From IMG/VR virus record IMGVR_UViG_3300028603_000018, positions 1 to 64,000 of that record: 64,000 nucleotides of DNA; one strand, given 5' to 3'. The notes beneath the pieces are model-generated. The model searched no databases. It saw nothing but the letters and a program-made list of their open reading frames with translations, and was not told the origin of the DNA. The DNA comes from a virus. Taxonomy: Duplodnaviria > Caudoviricetes. Numbering within the stretch: the first letter of the stretch is position 1; each line of letters begins with the position of its first letter. Below are positions 19,316-29,688 of this stretch, piece by piece. The translations under genes and the position numbers were made by a program.

Positions 19316-19963
19316 ATGCTTATTAACATAGGAAATAGAATTACTATGACTACAACTACTAGTAAAACTGTAGAAGAAGTATTCTTTGATAAAGAACTGA
19401 TAGAAGGAATCGTTAAAAGCAGTATTGAGCTTTCTGTTGCTAATAATAAGAGAAGAATAGAAAAGCTAGAGAGTACATTAGATACGGTTATTGATCATGT
19501 TTACCGTACTAATAGAGAGAAGGTAGTTTTAGTTATTATTCCTACTTTTATTAAAAATACTTATACTCTTGATGAATTCAGAGCATTGGTTAAAAACTTT
19601 CAATTCTTAGCTGAAGATAAATATGAAGGATTAATGGCTTCAGTTGTAAATATAAATCCAATTTATATTGAAGAAGAAGAGCAGTTGGGATGGACTAAGC
19701 TGATGGACTTAAATAAAGATCCATCGATGTATAAGGGAGATTTTACATTCTTAGTATTTCAAGTTTTTAATGAATTCTTAAACACGAGTCCTGGTACTGA
19801 TTTTGAAGTACAAATTTTAGCTGGGAGGATGAGTTTAGAACAATGGGAAACTTATACTGATAAAGTAAGTGTATGTGAGTGGCTGCCTTATATCCTTACC
19901 AAACCTCTGAGAAAAACAAAAGATTTTTGGACTGATACAACAAGACCCATTAGTAATATTTAA
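19316..19963 (+). CDS. Hypothetical protein (start probably 19346)
   Basis: ORF bounded by palindromic elements at 19274 and 19981. Confidence 0.7.
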   Translation: MLINIGNRITMTTTTSKTVEEVFFDKELIEGIVKSSIELSVANNKRRIEKLESTLDTVIDHVYRTNREKVVLVIIPTFIKNTYTLDEFRALVKNFQFLAEDKYEGLMASVVNINPIYIEEEEQLGWTKLMDLNKDPSMYKGDFTFLVFQVFNEFLNTSPGTDFEVQILAGRMSLEQWETYTDKVSVCEWLPYILTKPLRKTKDFWTDTTRPISNI

Positions 19964-20076
19964 GATTAGAGTATGATCAGTAGAGAGGTTGGGTATATCC
20001 CTCTCTTTATGCCTTGCTTTTATTTTTAATAAAAAATGACATCTATTAATACGTTGAATACCAATAAAGGCTTTAT

Positions 20077-20805
20077 ATGAATCTAAATAATAAACTATAC
20101 CAAGCTGGTAAGTATCAATTACTCGTACCTACTTATCAAGAAGATGGTTTTGTACCATTTAGAGAGCGTGATGGGCTAGCTATTCAATCTGAGGTCAGTG
20201 AGCAGTTTGAAGATATTCTAGGTAAGGAGTTATTTCAATGTTTGTTACTTGTTTATAAAGATTCCCATAATGACCAACCTTATCATAACTTATTACATAT
20301 GGTCTGTGTAGCTGACATTGCTTATCAGATTGCACTAGCTTCTAAGAGCGAGTTTGATGTAGTGTCCCTATTGTTAGCTGGTCTATTCCATGATTCTAAT
20401 CATAGTGGAGGGTTTGCAGCTGACGATACCAACATTCGATTAGCTACTAATTCTCTACGAAGAGTAACTATTAACGCTGTACACTATAATGACGAAGCAT
20501 TAGATGAATTCTGGAAACTAATTGTTAAAGCACAAAGAATCATTGTTGAAACAGAATACATGAATGGTAAGTTTACTCATGAACCTACCACTTTTGAGTC
20601 GATGTGTATCCGAGATGCTGATCTCTTAATGGTGGCTACACCTTATTTTAAAGATATCTTCTTTCCTGGATTGGTTGAGGAAATGAAAGTGTCTCTTGGT
20701 AAAGACTTCTCAATGACTTATGAAGATAATCTGAATTGGTTAAAGAAACAAGTCTTTTATACTGAAGCTGGTAAGCAGATGTTAGACGAAACTATTAGTA
20801 ATTGA
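20077..20805 (+). CDS. HD-domain metal-dependent phosphohydrolase
   Basis: PYHNLLH, LAGLFHDSNH, IRDADL. Confidence 0.88.
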   Translation: MNLNNKLYQAGKYQLLVPTYQEDGFVPFRERDGLAIQSEVSEQFEDILGKELFQCLLLVYKDSHNDQPYHNLLHMVCVADIAYQIALASKSEFDVVSLLLAGLFHDSNHSGGFAADDTNIRLATNSLRRVTINAVHYNDEALDEFWKLIVKAQRIIVETEYMNGKFTHEPTTFESMCIRDADLLMVATPYFKDIFFPGLVEEMKVSLGKDFSMTYEDNLNWLKKQVFYTEAGKQMLDETISN

Positions 20806-20847
20806 CACCAACCCACTAAACTAGAGAAAAATTTAAAGGATTTAGAA

Positions 20848-21435
20848 ATGAGTATTCTATCAGATATTGAAATTAAAAGGTCAGTTAAAGAAAATAACAT
20901 GATTAAACCTTTTATCCAACATCAAGTAAAGGTAAGACCTAAGAAAGACAATCATACTGAAGTAGAGAAAATTGTTAGTTTTGGACTCTCATCAGGTGGG
21001 TATGATGTTCGTTTAGATAATCAATTTAAAATATTCACGAATGTTAATAACTCACTTCTTGATCCATTAGCGATGAAAAATGATTATTATGTAGACCATA
21101 TTGGTGATACATGTATCATTCCTCCTAATAGCTATATCCTAGGATTAACAATTGAAGAGTTTGATATTCCTCGTGATGTATTAGTTGTTGCTGTAGGTAA
21201 GAGTACTTATGCTCGACTAGGTCTCTCAGTTAATGTTACACCTATTGAACCTGGCTTTAAAGGTAAGGTAGTTATTGAGATCGCTAATCAAACACCTATT
21301 CCTGCTGTTGTTCATGCGAATATGGGTATTGCTCAATTCTTATTCTTGCAAATGAGTAGTGAGTGTGAAGTTTCCTATAATGATCGCAATGGTAAATACC
21401 AAAACCAACAGTGTTTGCAAACAGCAATAGTTTAA
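20848..21435 (+). CDS. dcd: dCTP deaminase
   Basis: ILSD, SFGLSSGGYDVRL, GKSTYARLG, TPIEPGF.G, GIAQ, Y..RNGKYQNQ. Confidence 0.95.
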   Translation: MSILSDIEIKRSVKENNMIKPFIQHQVKVRPKKDNHTEVEKIVSFGLSSGGYDVRLDNQFKIFTNVNNSLLDPLAMKNDYYVDHIGDTCIIPPNSYILGLTIEEFDIPRDVLVVAVGKSTYARLGLSVNVTPIEPGFKGKVVIEIANQTPIPAVVHANMGIAQFLFLQMSSECEVSYNDRNGKYQNQQCLQTAIV

Positions 21436-21628
21436 TAGGAAAAGACAAAGTGTTAGGTTATAGGTATCTAGATGAATCAGGAAATCCTATTATCTCAAGC
21501 ATGTCTTCATAATTCTTTCTGAGATAAAGTGCGTTATTGAAGAGAAAGATAACTTTGAAGAACTGATTAAAGGCCATATAACTAAATATGTCCTTTACAC
21601 TCCTTCAGGATTAACTCATTCAAAACCT

Positions 21629-21967
21629 ATGAAAGATCCAATTCCAGAAGAGACATATACTATCTCTTTCCCTACTGAAGGTGAATTTTCATATAGTGTA
21701 AAGATTAACGATAAGTTTACCTATATTCCTACTCCTTTTGTATTTATGGATCGATTTAATAAAGTAGGTGGATATAGACTCGTTATTAAAGAGAAACTAG
21801 TAAAGACTGGAAAGTCTTTTCTCTCGCTGACTAAAGAGAAAAGTTACTTTGAGCTTTATAAAGTGATGGAAGTAGATGGTATTTCTTATATCTCTGAAAA
21901 TAAACTAGAGAGTTTAGAATTATCTGGAGATCATCTTGATATAATGAAAAGGTATAAATACATTTAA
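21629..21967 (+). CDS. Hypothetical protein
   Basis: 112-aa ORF. Confidence 0.6.
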   Translation: MKDPIPEETYTISFPTEGEFSYSVKINDKFTYIPTPFVFMDRFNKVGGYRLVIKEKLVKTGKSFLSLTKEKSYFELYKVMEVDGISYISENKLESLELSGDHLDIMKRYKYI

Positions 21968-21982
21968 GGATTAATAAAGTTT

Positions 21983-22423
21983 ATGTCTGTATTTACTAAG
22001 TTTGATACTTCTTTAAAATTGGAATATTTACCTGAAGTTAGTAAGCATGATTATAGTAAGTGGAAGGTGTTAGAACCTTTTAACTTTTATTCATTAGAGA
22101 ATAGGTTCTCTAGAGTATCAGGTGAAGCTATTCATATTTGTGTACATAAAGGCTTCATTACAGATGGAGCTACTGTACCTCGTATTTTCTGGGCATTACT
22201 ACCACCACTTGGTCATTACGGACAAGCTGCTGTCTTACATGACTATTGCCGTTTTATTGGGGTCGCTTACTTAAATGCAGACTTCACTGATCCTATTGTT
22301 CTAAGTACTAAAGATGCAGATAGAATCTTTTTAGAAGCAATGAAAGTATTAGGGGTGGGAAAGTTTAAACGACATTTAATGTATTGTGCTGTAAGAGCAT
22401 ACTCCATTATTAAAAGAGCCTAA
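21983..22423 (+). CDS. DUF1353 family protein
   Basis: GFITDGATVPRIFW, YGQAAVLHDY, ADRIFLEAM, MYCAVR. Confidence 0.9.
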   Translation: MSVFTKFDTSLKLEYLPEVSKHDYSKWKVLEPFNFYSLENRFSRVSGEAIHICVHKGFITDGATVPRIFWALLPPLGHYGQAAVLHDYCRFIGVAYLNADFTDPIVLSTKDADRIFLEAMKVLGVGKFKRHLMYCAVRAYSIIKRA

Positions 22424-22591
22424 TAATAGAAAAAGAGCAAAATAAAGAGGAATTAGTATTCCTCTTTTTATGCCTTATATTTATTTTGTGATCCATTAAC
22501 CTATTAAGAATAGAAATGAAAACCTTTATGTAATAGTTAAAATCTATATAAATACATATCACTATTATAGTGAGTAATAATAGAGAAAGCT

Positions 22592-23455
22592 ATGATCATA
22601 CAACATAAATCCAGGTTAGATAACAGTGTTAACTTTATCTTTCCTACAGGTGAAGAAGCTAGATATGTTAATCGAGAAGATGATAAACTTCTTATTTACC
22701 TCTCATCTCAAACAGGATGTAAACAAGCATGTAGGTTTTGTCACTTAACTCAGACAAAGCAAGTAGAAGATACGAATGTTAGCTATACTGACCTTATCAA
22801 GCAATTCGATATGGTTTACGAACATTACTACAAGTTTGTTGAAGCAGAGATTATTAAACCAGCAGATACTATTCATTTAAATTTCATGGCTAGAGGAGAG
22901 CCTTTACTCAATGCTAGTGTAGTTAGGTCAAATGACTGGGTTAATAAAGAAGAATTTTCCTTAAACCATTTTAAAGAAAGAAGATTGAATGTCTCTACAA
23001 TTATCCCTAAAGACTATCATCCAGATAGCTTTAGTGTAGAATTATATCCTACTCACTTCTTCTATTCCTTATATAGTCTAAATACAGACTTTAGGAAACG
23101 TTGGTTACCTAACGCTCTTGATCCTGAAGAAGCTTTTCATTTACTGAATGAGTATAGTGTAAAGACTGCTATTCCTATTACTATTCACCATACTCTCATT
23201 AAAGGTGAGAATGATAGTGTAGAAGAAGCTCTACTCATTCAACAATATATGTCTCGCTTCAAAATAAGTCCTAGGTTCAATTTAGTCAGGTATAACCCAT
23301 ATTCATCACTACAAGGTGAAGAATCGTCTGAGGAGGCTATTAAAGCTTATCTAGAGGTAATTAAACCTTATAGTCAAAGAGTTAGAATTGTTCCTAGAGT
23401 AGGTAGGGATGTTTTTGCAAGTTGTGGGACTTTCTTTGATTTTAATGCTAAATAA
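22592..23455 (+). CDS. Radical SAM enzyme, RlmN/Cfr-like
   Basis: SSQTGCKQACRFC (CxxxCxxC), FMARGEPLLN, VST, LIKGEND, NLVRYNP, GRDVFASCG. Confidence 0.88.
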   Translation: MIIQHKSRLDNSVNFIFPTGEEARYVNREDDKLLIYLSSQTGCKQACRFCHLTQTKQVEDTNVSYTDLIKQFDMVYEHYYKFVEAEIIKPADTIHLNFMARGEPLLNASVVRSNDWVNKEEFSLNHFKERRLNVSTIIPKDYHPDSFSVELYPTHFFYSLYSLNTDFRKRWLPNALDPEEAFHLLNEYSVKTAIPITIHHTLIKGENDSVEEALLIQQYMSRFKISPRFNLVRYNPYSSLQGEESSEEAIKAYLEVIKPYSQRVRIVPRVGRDVFASCGTFFDFNAK

Positions 23456-23461
23456 GAAACT

Positions 23462-24340
23462 ATGAATAATACTCCTATTTTTATTCTCTACCATTCTAAT
23501 TGTCTAGACGGTAGTGGAGCTGCTTTAGCAGCCTATATGCATTTCCAAGATAATGAGAACTTAAACCTCATTCCAGTCCAGTATAACAAACCTTTACCAA
23601 AAGAGCTTTTGGAATATAAAGAGTTATCTAAAGCATATGTTTACATTGTAGACTTTAGTTACTCAAGAGACATCTTAGATGAGTTAGAACAACAAGTAGC
23701 TCATTTACAAGTCATCGATCATCATAAGACAGCACAAGAAGCTTTAAAGTGCTGTTCTTATGCTATCTTTGACATGCATAAGTCTGGTGCTGTACTAACC
23801 TACGAATTCTTTAACCCAGGTAAAGAAGTTCCTTTGTTCTTTAAGCTAATTAGTGACAGAGATCTATGGAAGTGGGAATATTCTGAAACGAAAGATTTCT
23901 GTTCTGCTCTAGATGTCGTAGATAAGAATAACTTTGAAGAATGGGTAGAAGCATTTAAATCCTTTCAAGAAGATCCTGAAGCGTTTCTTAAAGAAGGAAG
24001 TGTGGTTAGTAAGTACAAGAATGTTTTAGTAAAGAAAGCTGCTAGGACAAGTAAGATCGTCATTTTTAAAGGTTATAAAGTGCCTATTTTAAATGCTACG
24101 AATTTCATTAGTGAGATAGGTAGTTATTTAAATGAAAGCTTAGATCCGAAACATCCATTTAGTATTTCTTACTTTATCACTAACGCTAATGAAGCAGTTT
24201 TAAGCTTCAGGAGTAGAAAGGGTGAAGTAGATGTTGAAGTACTTGCAAAGGAGTTAGGTGGTGGTGGTCATGCCTCTGCTGCTGGAGCAACAGTAAGTAT
24301 TGAGAAATTACAAGAGATCCTCAATAATACTGCCTCTTAA
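23462..24340 (+). CDS. DHH/DHHA1 phosphoesterase (NrnB-like)
   Basis: YHSNCLDG, VDFS, IDHH, DRDLW, SFRS, GGGGHASAAG. Confidence 0.92.
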   Translation: MNNTPIFILYHSNCLDGSGAALAAYMHFQDNENLNLIPVQYNKPLPKELLEYKELSKAYVYIVDFSYSRDILDELEQQVAHLQVIDHHKTAQEALKCCSYAIFDMHKSGAVLTYEFFNPGKEVPLFFKLISDRDLWKWEYSETKDFCSALDVVDKNNFEEWVEAFKSFQEDPEAFLKEGSVVSKYKNVLVKKAARTSKIVIFKGYKVPILNATNFISEIGSYLNESLDPKHPFSISYFITNANEAVLSFRSRKGEVDVEVLAKELGGGGHASAAGATVSIEKLQEILNNTAS

Positions 24341-24391
24341 ATAGAAGTCTATTAAAAATCAATCTTTAAATCAAAAAGGAATTAACTAATT

Positions 24392-25141
24392 ATGTCTAAC
24401 TCACAATCTACCATTATTAAAGCCAGTACTGAAATCAGCGAAGAGGTACGTATCAATAAAGAACTAGAAGAGATTGCTTCTAGTTTAAAAACAACAGCTA
24501 AAATTAACATCTTTGATAAAGAGACAGTGTTTCATGTATTTAATAAACAAATGAAGCACCAAACCTCTTTGAATCGTTGGAATAAGTTTAGGAATAATCT
24601 TAAGAAATACGACCATACAGAAAATGACGTTGTCATTCTTGAAATCCATAAAGACTTAAATGGATATAAAGGATACTTTATTAAACCCTCCTTTATTACT
24701 AAATTAGAGTCGTTTAATAGTTATCTGTCTAGCCTAAACAATAATCCACAACTAGTAGCATTACTAGTAACCCGTTATACAAAGACGCTAAAAGCAGTTA
24801 ATAAAAAGAACTACTCTGATCGAGTGTTCTTTACTGTTGGTCTGATGTATAACTTTTATGATACCTTCCATAACTACACTGATCGGTTTAGCGAAACACT
24901 AATTAAGTCACTGCAAGAAGAGTTTAGTAGTCCTACTAATAAGAAAAACATCGATACGAAACTTAATAGCTATACCGTTGAAGATCATCGTAGGCATATT
25001 GAGCTTCTTAATAATCCTCTTAATAAACTCGCTCAAGATGTAAATGCCTTGAATGAAATCCTTCATTTTAGTCAGAAGCTTTCTTCAGTTATTCCGCATT
25101 TATTAAAAGTAGCTCAAACTAATGAGGGTGTTAATGCTTGA
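24392..25141 (+). CDS. Hypothetical protein
   Basis: 249 aa with RBS. Confidence 0.75.
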   Translation: MSNSQSTIIKASTEISEEVRINKELEEIASSLKTTAKINIFDKETVFHVFNKQMKHQTSLNRWNKFRNNLKKYDHTENDVVILEIHKDLNGYKGYFIKPSFITKLESFNSYLSSLNNNPQLVALLVTRYTKTLKAVNKKNYSDRVFFTVGLMYNFYDTFHNYTDRFSETLIKSLQEEFSSPTNKKNIDTKLNSYTVEDHRRHIELLNNPLNKLAQDVNALNEILHFSQKLSSVIPHLLKVAQTNEGVNA

Positions 25142-25172
25142 CAAAATAACTATTAAGTAAATAAGAGGCACA

Positions 25173-25448
25173 GTGAGTTATAAAAGCCATAGGCGTTTAA
25201 TTAGGAATCTCCCTAAACAAGATTTTAAATCTAAGAACGTTAAAAAGCGTTTGAATGCTAAACTACTCCTCCCAGTAGTTAAAGCAGATAGAGATAAACG
25301 ACTCGCTCTTTTTAATAAACTATATAAAGGAGAAAGTCTAAGGCAGACAGGTAAGACAAGGATTAGGGATACTGTATTTTCGATATATTACTACAGCCCT
25401 TATTCTGATAAACCAAAATGGACTAAGTCATTTAAATACACCAGTTAA
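25173..25448 (+). CDS. Basic hypothetical protein
   Basis: GAGG RBS before GTG. Confidence 0.6.
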   Translation: MSYKSHRRLIRNLPKQDFKSKNVKKRLNAKLLLPVVKADRDKRLALFNKLYKGESLRQTGKTRIRDTVFSIYYYSPYSDKPKWTKSFKYTS

Positions 25449-25550
25449 TTTTTAATGACTTAAACGTATCTAATAGAAAAAGAAACCTAACTTGAGTTAG
25501 GAGAGTAGTGCTATTCTTTAAAATTACATTAACAAAAAGGAATTAAAATA

Positions 25551-26693
25551 ATGTCCTATATTAGCTTTCTAGAAAATGAAGTTAAGTTATCAGGAAAAGA
25601 CTTTAGTAGGAGTCTACCTTACACTAAACAGATCTTAGCTATTATTAGTGATGAAGGTCATAGTGGTGGTAGTATGGGTGTATTCTCCAGTATGTTTAAA
25701 CACTGGATGAAAGACCCTAAAGAACTAGAGAATAATGAACTCTTCTCCCCTATCTGGGAAGTCGTTAAAGACATTCCTCTAGATATCAGAAATGAAGTCC
25801 TTTGGTCAGTTAACCGTAGTATGACCTTCACTGCCTTCACGCCTTTAACAGGTGAAGACGATGAATGGATCTATCATAACTACGATCATGAGTGTCTTGC
25901 TCAGAATAAAAGATGCGGCAGTATCTTTAAACGAAAAGATGATACTGCTTACAATATTGATGGTCTTATCCATTATACTCCTACTCCTACCTATAGTGAC
26001 TTTATAGGCTTTACGGGTTCCTATAGTCGTAAAGAAATTACCTTCCCTTATGACTCCTCACAAGAATCTGAACGGAAGTATTTCAAAGATGATGACTATA
26101 AGTTCCCTATCATAGAAAGCGATCCTTCTATCTGGTTAAAGAAAGCTAGGGAGCAATTCTTATCAGGTAGAGATCCTATTACTGGTGAGTATAACCAAGC
26201 TGCTCTTTTTACAGTAGAAAAAGATGAATTAGTTTCTACTTTTTATACCGTCTATAAAACACTAAAGGAACTAAACAAGGGTGTTGAAGAAAAAGAACAA
26301 ATCATTGATGACTTCATTAGTGATCTTCACTACTTATACCCTCAAGATAATCAGTATAGACTTATCTTAGATGGTAAGGAACTAATGAGAGCAGTTAGTT
26401 ATTCTACTGTTCGTAATATCATTAGACTTATCTCTAGTGCTAAAGAGCGTATTCTTAATGGAGGGGATATTTTACTCTTTGTCTATAATGTAAGAAAGGC
26501 TAACAAACATTACCAGAACTATCTTGATACGTCTTTTTATTATGTATCTACAGAGAACCTAACTGAACTAGATTCAGTTGTTTACTTTAGTACTTCACGC
26601 AATAATATCCATACCACAAGTAAAGAAGCTCATAAGGCACTATATAACGTTTGTAAAGAGCTAGGTCTTGAATATAAAGGACTAAAGAAATAA
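25551..26693 (+). CDS. Phage protein of unknown function
   Basis: 380 aa; GHSGGS, PLTGEDDEW, QNKRC, ITFPY motifs recalled from other phage proteins. Confidence 0.8.
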   Translation: MSYISFLENEVKLSGKDFSRSLPYTKQILAIISDEGHSGGSMGVFSSMFKHWMKDPKELENNELFSPIWEVVKDIPLDIRNEVLWSVNRSMTFTAFTPLTGEDDEWIYHNYDHECLAQNKRCGSIFKRKDDTAYNIDGLIHYTPTPTYSDFIGFTGSYSRKEITFPYDSSQESERKYFKDDDYKFPIIESDPSIWLKKAREQFLSGRDPITGEYNQAALFTVEKDELVSTFYTVYKTLKELNKGVEEKEQIIDDFISDLHYLYPQDNQYRLILDGKELMRAVSYSTVRNIIRLISSAKERILNGGDILLFVYNVRKANKHYQNYLDTSFYYVSTENLTELDSVVYFSTSRNNIHTTSKEAHKALYNVCKELGLEYKGLKK

Positions 26694-26753
26694 CAGCATA
26701 AGAGGAGGAGGAAATTAATCCTCCTCCTTATGACATGTTAAAAGGAATAATGA

Positions 26754-27032
26754 GTGGTTATGACTAAACAAACAAACCAACATCAAGCTATCATTACTGA
26801 ATTACAAAGACGAGCTAGTGAGATTAATGTAGATCATACTCTCTCATTTCAGAATTCAGTTAAAAAATTAAACGACACTTATCAATTAATCCAAACTCTA
26901 GAAGATCTTGTAAATCAATTACCTGACTTAAAGAAGCAACTAGAGCAAGACTATTTAGAAGCTCTAGCTAATTTTAATCGATATACTCAAGAAGATAATA
27001 CTGAAGTATTAAATTCAGCTATTACAATCTAA
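26754..27032 (+). CDS. Small coiled-coil protein
   Basis: AAAGGA RBS; Q/L/E-rich heptads. Confidence 0.65.
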   Translation: MVMTKQTNQHQAIITELQRRASEINVDHTLSFQNSVKKLNDTYQLIQTLEDLVNQLPDLKKQLEQDYLEALANFNRYTQEDNTEVLNSAITI

Positions 27033-27107
27033 GGAAAATAACCATGATTATTAAACAATACACAAGTACGATGGGATGTTTAAGTAAATACAAGGAGATT
27101 ACTTATC

Positions 27108-27434
27108 ATGTCCCGTACCTTTCGCAACATCAAAAACAAACCCAGTAAGTACAGTACCATTCCTAATGAAAAGGATGAGGTTAAGTTCGTTTTCTATATC
27201 AAAGAGCTTCAGTGGGGTAAACAATGGTTTGTCCCTGACGATGAAGAATTAGAAAGAAACTTGTTCCGTCTTTATTGCGATAATGACAAGTATTCTTTCA
27301 CGTATTATCGTAAGCTTTGCAATACCAAGTATAGGAGCGAGATGAAAAAAGAACTACATAACTTTCTCAGGAAAGAAGATTATGAGGTTCACCATCATCC
27401 TAACCGTAAGATCGGTAATAATTATTGGGATTAA
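27108..27434 (+). CDS. Hypothetical protein
   Basis: AAGGAG RBS; followed by a long hairpin at about 27438-27480. Confidence 0.75.
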   Translation: MSRTFRNIKNKPSKYSTIPNEKDEVKFVFYIKELQWGKQWFVPDDEELERNLFRLYCDNDKYSFTYYRKLCNTKYRSEMKKELHNFLRKEDYEVHHHPNRKIGNNYWD

Positions 27435-27499
27435 TAAAGAGATACAGATTGGAGATGTTCTATCCAATCTGTATCTCTTATACTTATCTTTTTTGTAAT

Positions 27500-27572
27500 T
27501 TAAATTATCTCAATTACATATAACTAGTCTGAATAGAAGTTTTATACTTCAATAAGTATTTTAACTCAGAGG
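27500..27572 (+). promoter_or_regulatory. Putative early promoter plus leader, duplicated at about 61690-61752
   Basis: caattacatataactagtYtgaatagaagttttatacttc..agtattttaactcaRagg shared by both sites. Confidence 0.75.
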
Positions 27573-27581
27573 AATTCAATC

Positions 27582-28148
27582 ATGAAAGTATTACCTAATC
27601 ATTTTAACTTTAATCCGACTATTATTATTCATGGACGTATTATCAACGGTTGTCAAGACTTCACACTGGAAGAAGCTCCAGCTATCTTGAAAAAATATAA
27701 TGTGTCAGACAGCGTCTGGCAAGAAGTTTTAGATGTTTATTCTCCTACATCGACAGATGAGGAGATTACGTCATTTATTAATGTTGGAGATTGGGAAGTT
27801 TGTTCTGTTATAGCTAAGCACGGTAGTGATATCCATCGCGATATTCTAGTTAATAATAGAGGAGTTTTTGTTCGCGTAGCAGTAGCCCAGTATGGAAATG
27901 ATGATCACAGGGATATTCTTGTCAACGACACGCGTGCTAAGGTTCGTGAAGTAATAGCTAAATATGGTAACGACAGCCATCGAGATATCCTCATTACTGA
28001 TGAGGATAAACATGTACGTGTGATGGTGGTTCGCTATGGTAACGACAACCACCGTCGTATCTTAATCAATGATACAGACCCGTATGTTAGTGGTATAGCA
28101 GCTATTTACATTAATTACGAATATATCAATAACTTAAAGGAGAAGTAA
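27582..28148 (+). CDS. Alpha-solenoid (HEAT/LRV-like) repeat protein
   Basis: About four 24-aa tandem repeats V(R)..V(I)AKYGND.HRDILVND. Confidence 0.8.
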   Translation: MKVLPNHFNFNPTIIIHGRIINGCQDFTLEEAPAILKKYNVSDSVWQEVLDVYSPTSTDEEITSFINVGDWEVCSVIAKHGSDIHRDILVNNRGVFVRVAVAQYGNDDHRDILVNDTRAKVREVIAKYGNDSHRDILITDEDKHVRVMVVRYGNDNHRRILINDTDPYVSGIAAIYINYEYINNLKEK

Positions 28149-28324
28149 ATGAAAGTTAGCAATCATGACATCCTCGTTACTGTTATTCGTAAAAAAATAA
28201 CGAAAAGGATGAAGAAGTGACTGAACACATCTCTTTGGCAGACATTCCTGAAGACATGTCTGACTACACTGTTCGGCTAGCAGTAAAAGACGCTCTTCTG
28301 CAAGCAGGCTTTAAACTAGTCTAA
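28149..28324 (+). pseudogene. Small gene interrupted by a frameshift at A7 (28191-28197)
   Basis: MKVSNHDILVTVIRKK continues in the -1 frame as NNEKDEEVTEHISLADIPED...AGFKLV. Confidence 0.45.
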
Positions 28325-28422
28325 CACAAAGGGAAAGGGAGTAAACTCTCTTTCCTATTTTGTTATAGTAAAAAAAGCATAAATAGGAGTCCAAAAGGAC
28401 TCCTCTAACAAAGGATAGTATC

Positions 28423-28806
28423 ATGACAAAAATATTTATCACACACCACATACCTGATCCTGATACTGGTGTTACTCCATATCAAGAGAATTCCAAACGA
28501 GAGCACAAGTATCCTATTGGCTCTGTAGTAAAGTGTTTGGAATACGATGCAACTACAGACACTTACAAAGAGACTAAAACAAGTCTCCGTTTGTATGTGG
28601 TTGATCACACCCGAGATTGCGACCAAGAACCTCTTTATACGTTATCACACAACACGCCAGAAGAGTTTAAGGAAAAAGAAGCTACTTTAAATAACTGCAT
28701 TGTTCAATTTACGAATGGTCTCTCGACGACTTTCAAAGGCATTATTCTGAACCACCTTCTGGGACTTTCAGGCTACTCTGAAGATAGTCTCGAACTGTGT
28801 GAATAA
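28423..28806 (+). CDS. Phage protein of unknown function
   Basis: AAAGGA RBS; HKYPIGSVV, RLYVVDHTRDCD.EPLY. Confidence 0.8.
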   Translation: MTKIFITHHIPDPDTGVTPYQENSKREHKYPIGSVVKCLEYDATTDTYKETKTSLRLYVVDHTRDCDQEPLYTLSHNTPEEFKEKEATLNNCIVQFTNGLSTTFKGIILNHLLGLSGYSEDSLELCE

Positions 28807-28834
28807 ATAATCAATCATTGTAAGGAACAACATC

Positions 28835-29551
28835 ATGAGTAACATGTACTACATCCAAACATTCAAAATTGAGTATTTCAATAAAAATACTACCAAACCC
28901 ATGACGTTGAGTTCTATTGTCTCTGATGACTACATGGGATCTTTCGAATTCGAAAATGGTAGTGTTCCAAGAAGTATTCAGTATCTGAAAGACAATGAAG
29001 TTAAAATCTTCACCCACTCAGTCATCCCAAACAAAGAAAAAGAACCTGTCACCTTCTATGTCATTACCAGTGATGAAGGTTTCGAAGCTTTCAAGAAAGG
29101 GATTGATATTCATCTGGATGGTCACAGTACAGGAATGAAAGCTAAAGAGCATACATATCTCTACGATAAGTTTGTATCGAGTTTTTACAAAGAAAAACCT
29201 AGTCCTTATCATCCTGATATGTGGTTGGATGTAACCATGAATGTGAGTCGATATAACACAGAAAATGGCTACTCTATCATGTTCAGTGATAAACTGGATC
29301 TGATTCGACGTCTTTATCTTTACCTCAAACAAACTCACAAAACCTTCAATGCTGAAGAAGTTCGAATTGGTGACATGGTTTATGTCTACAACGATAACCG
29401 ACCAAAGAAGGTGTGTGGGTTGAATGAGGGCAATTCTATTAGTCTGAAGGCTCGTTTTGGTAAAGCTCAGAAATACCATCCTGATGACCTTTGGTCGAAA
29501 GAAGACCTCTTGAAGCTACCAGTTGAAGTTCAACAGTACTTTGAACTGTAA
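28835..29551 (+). CDS. Hypothetical protein
   Basis: AAGGA RBS, 238 aa. Confidence 0.8.
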   Translation: MSNMYYIQTFKIEYFNKNTTKPMTLSSIVSDDYMGSFEFENGSVPRSIQYLKDNEVKIFTHSVIPNKEKEPVTFYVITSDEGFEAFKKGIDIHLDGHSTGMKAKEHTYLYDKFVSSFYKEKPSPYHPDMWLDVTMNVSRYNTENGYSIMFSDKLDLIRRLYLYLKQTHKTFNAEEVRIGDMVYVYNDNRPKKVCGLNEGNSISLKARFGKAQKYHPDDLWSKEDLLKLPVEVQQYFEL

Positions 29552-29688
29552 ACCACTTAGAGTTATACTCTCTCAGATATTTCGAATTCAATTATTACGA
29601 CGATGCATTCGATAAGTTCTACGAATTGATCAGCAAACTTTAATACATTCAATTCAATCATCCCATTCTTTAAATAAAGGAAAGTATT

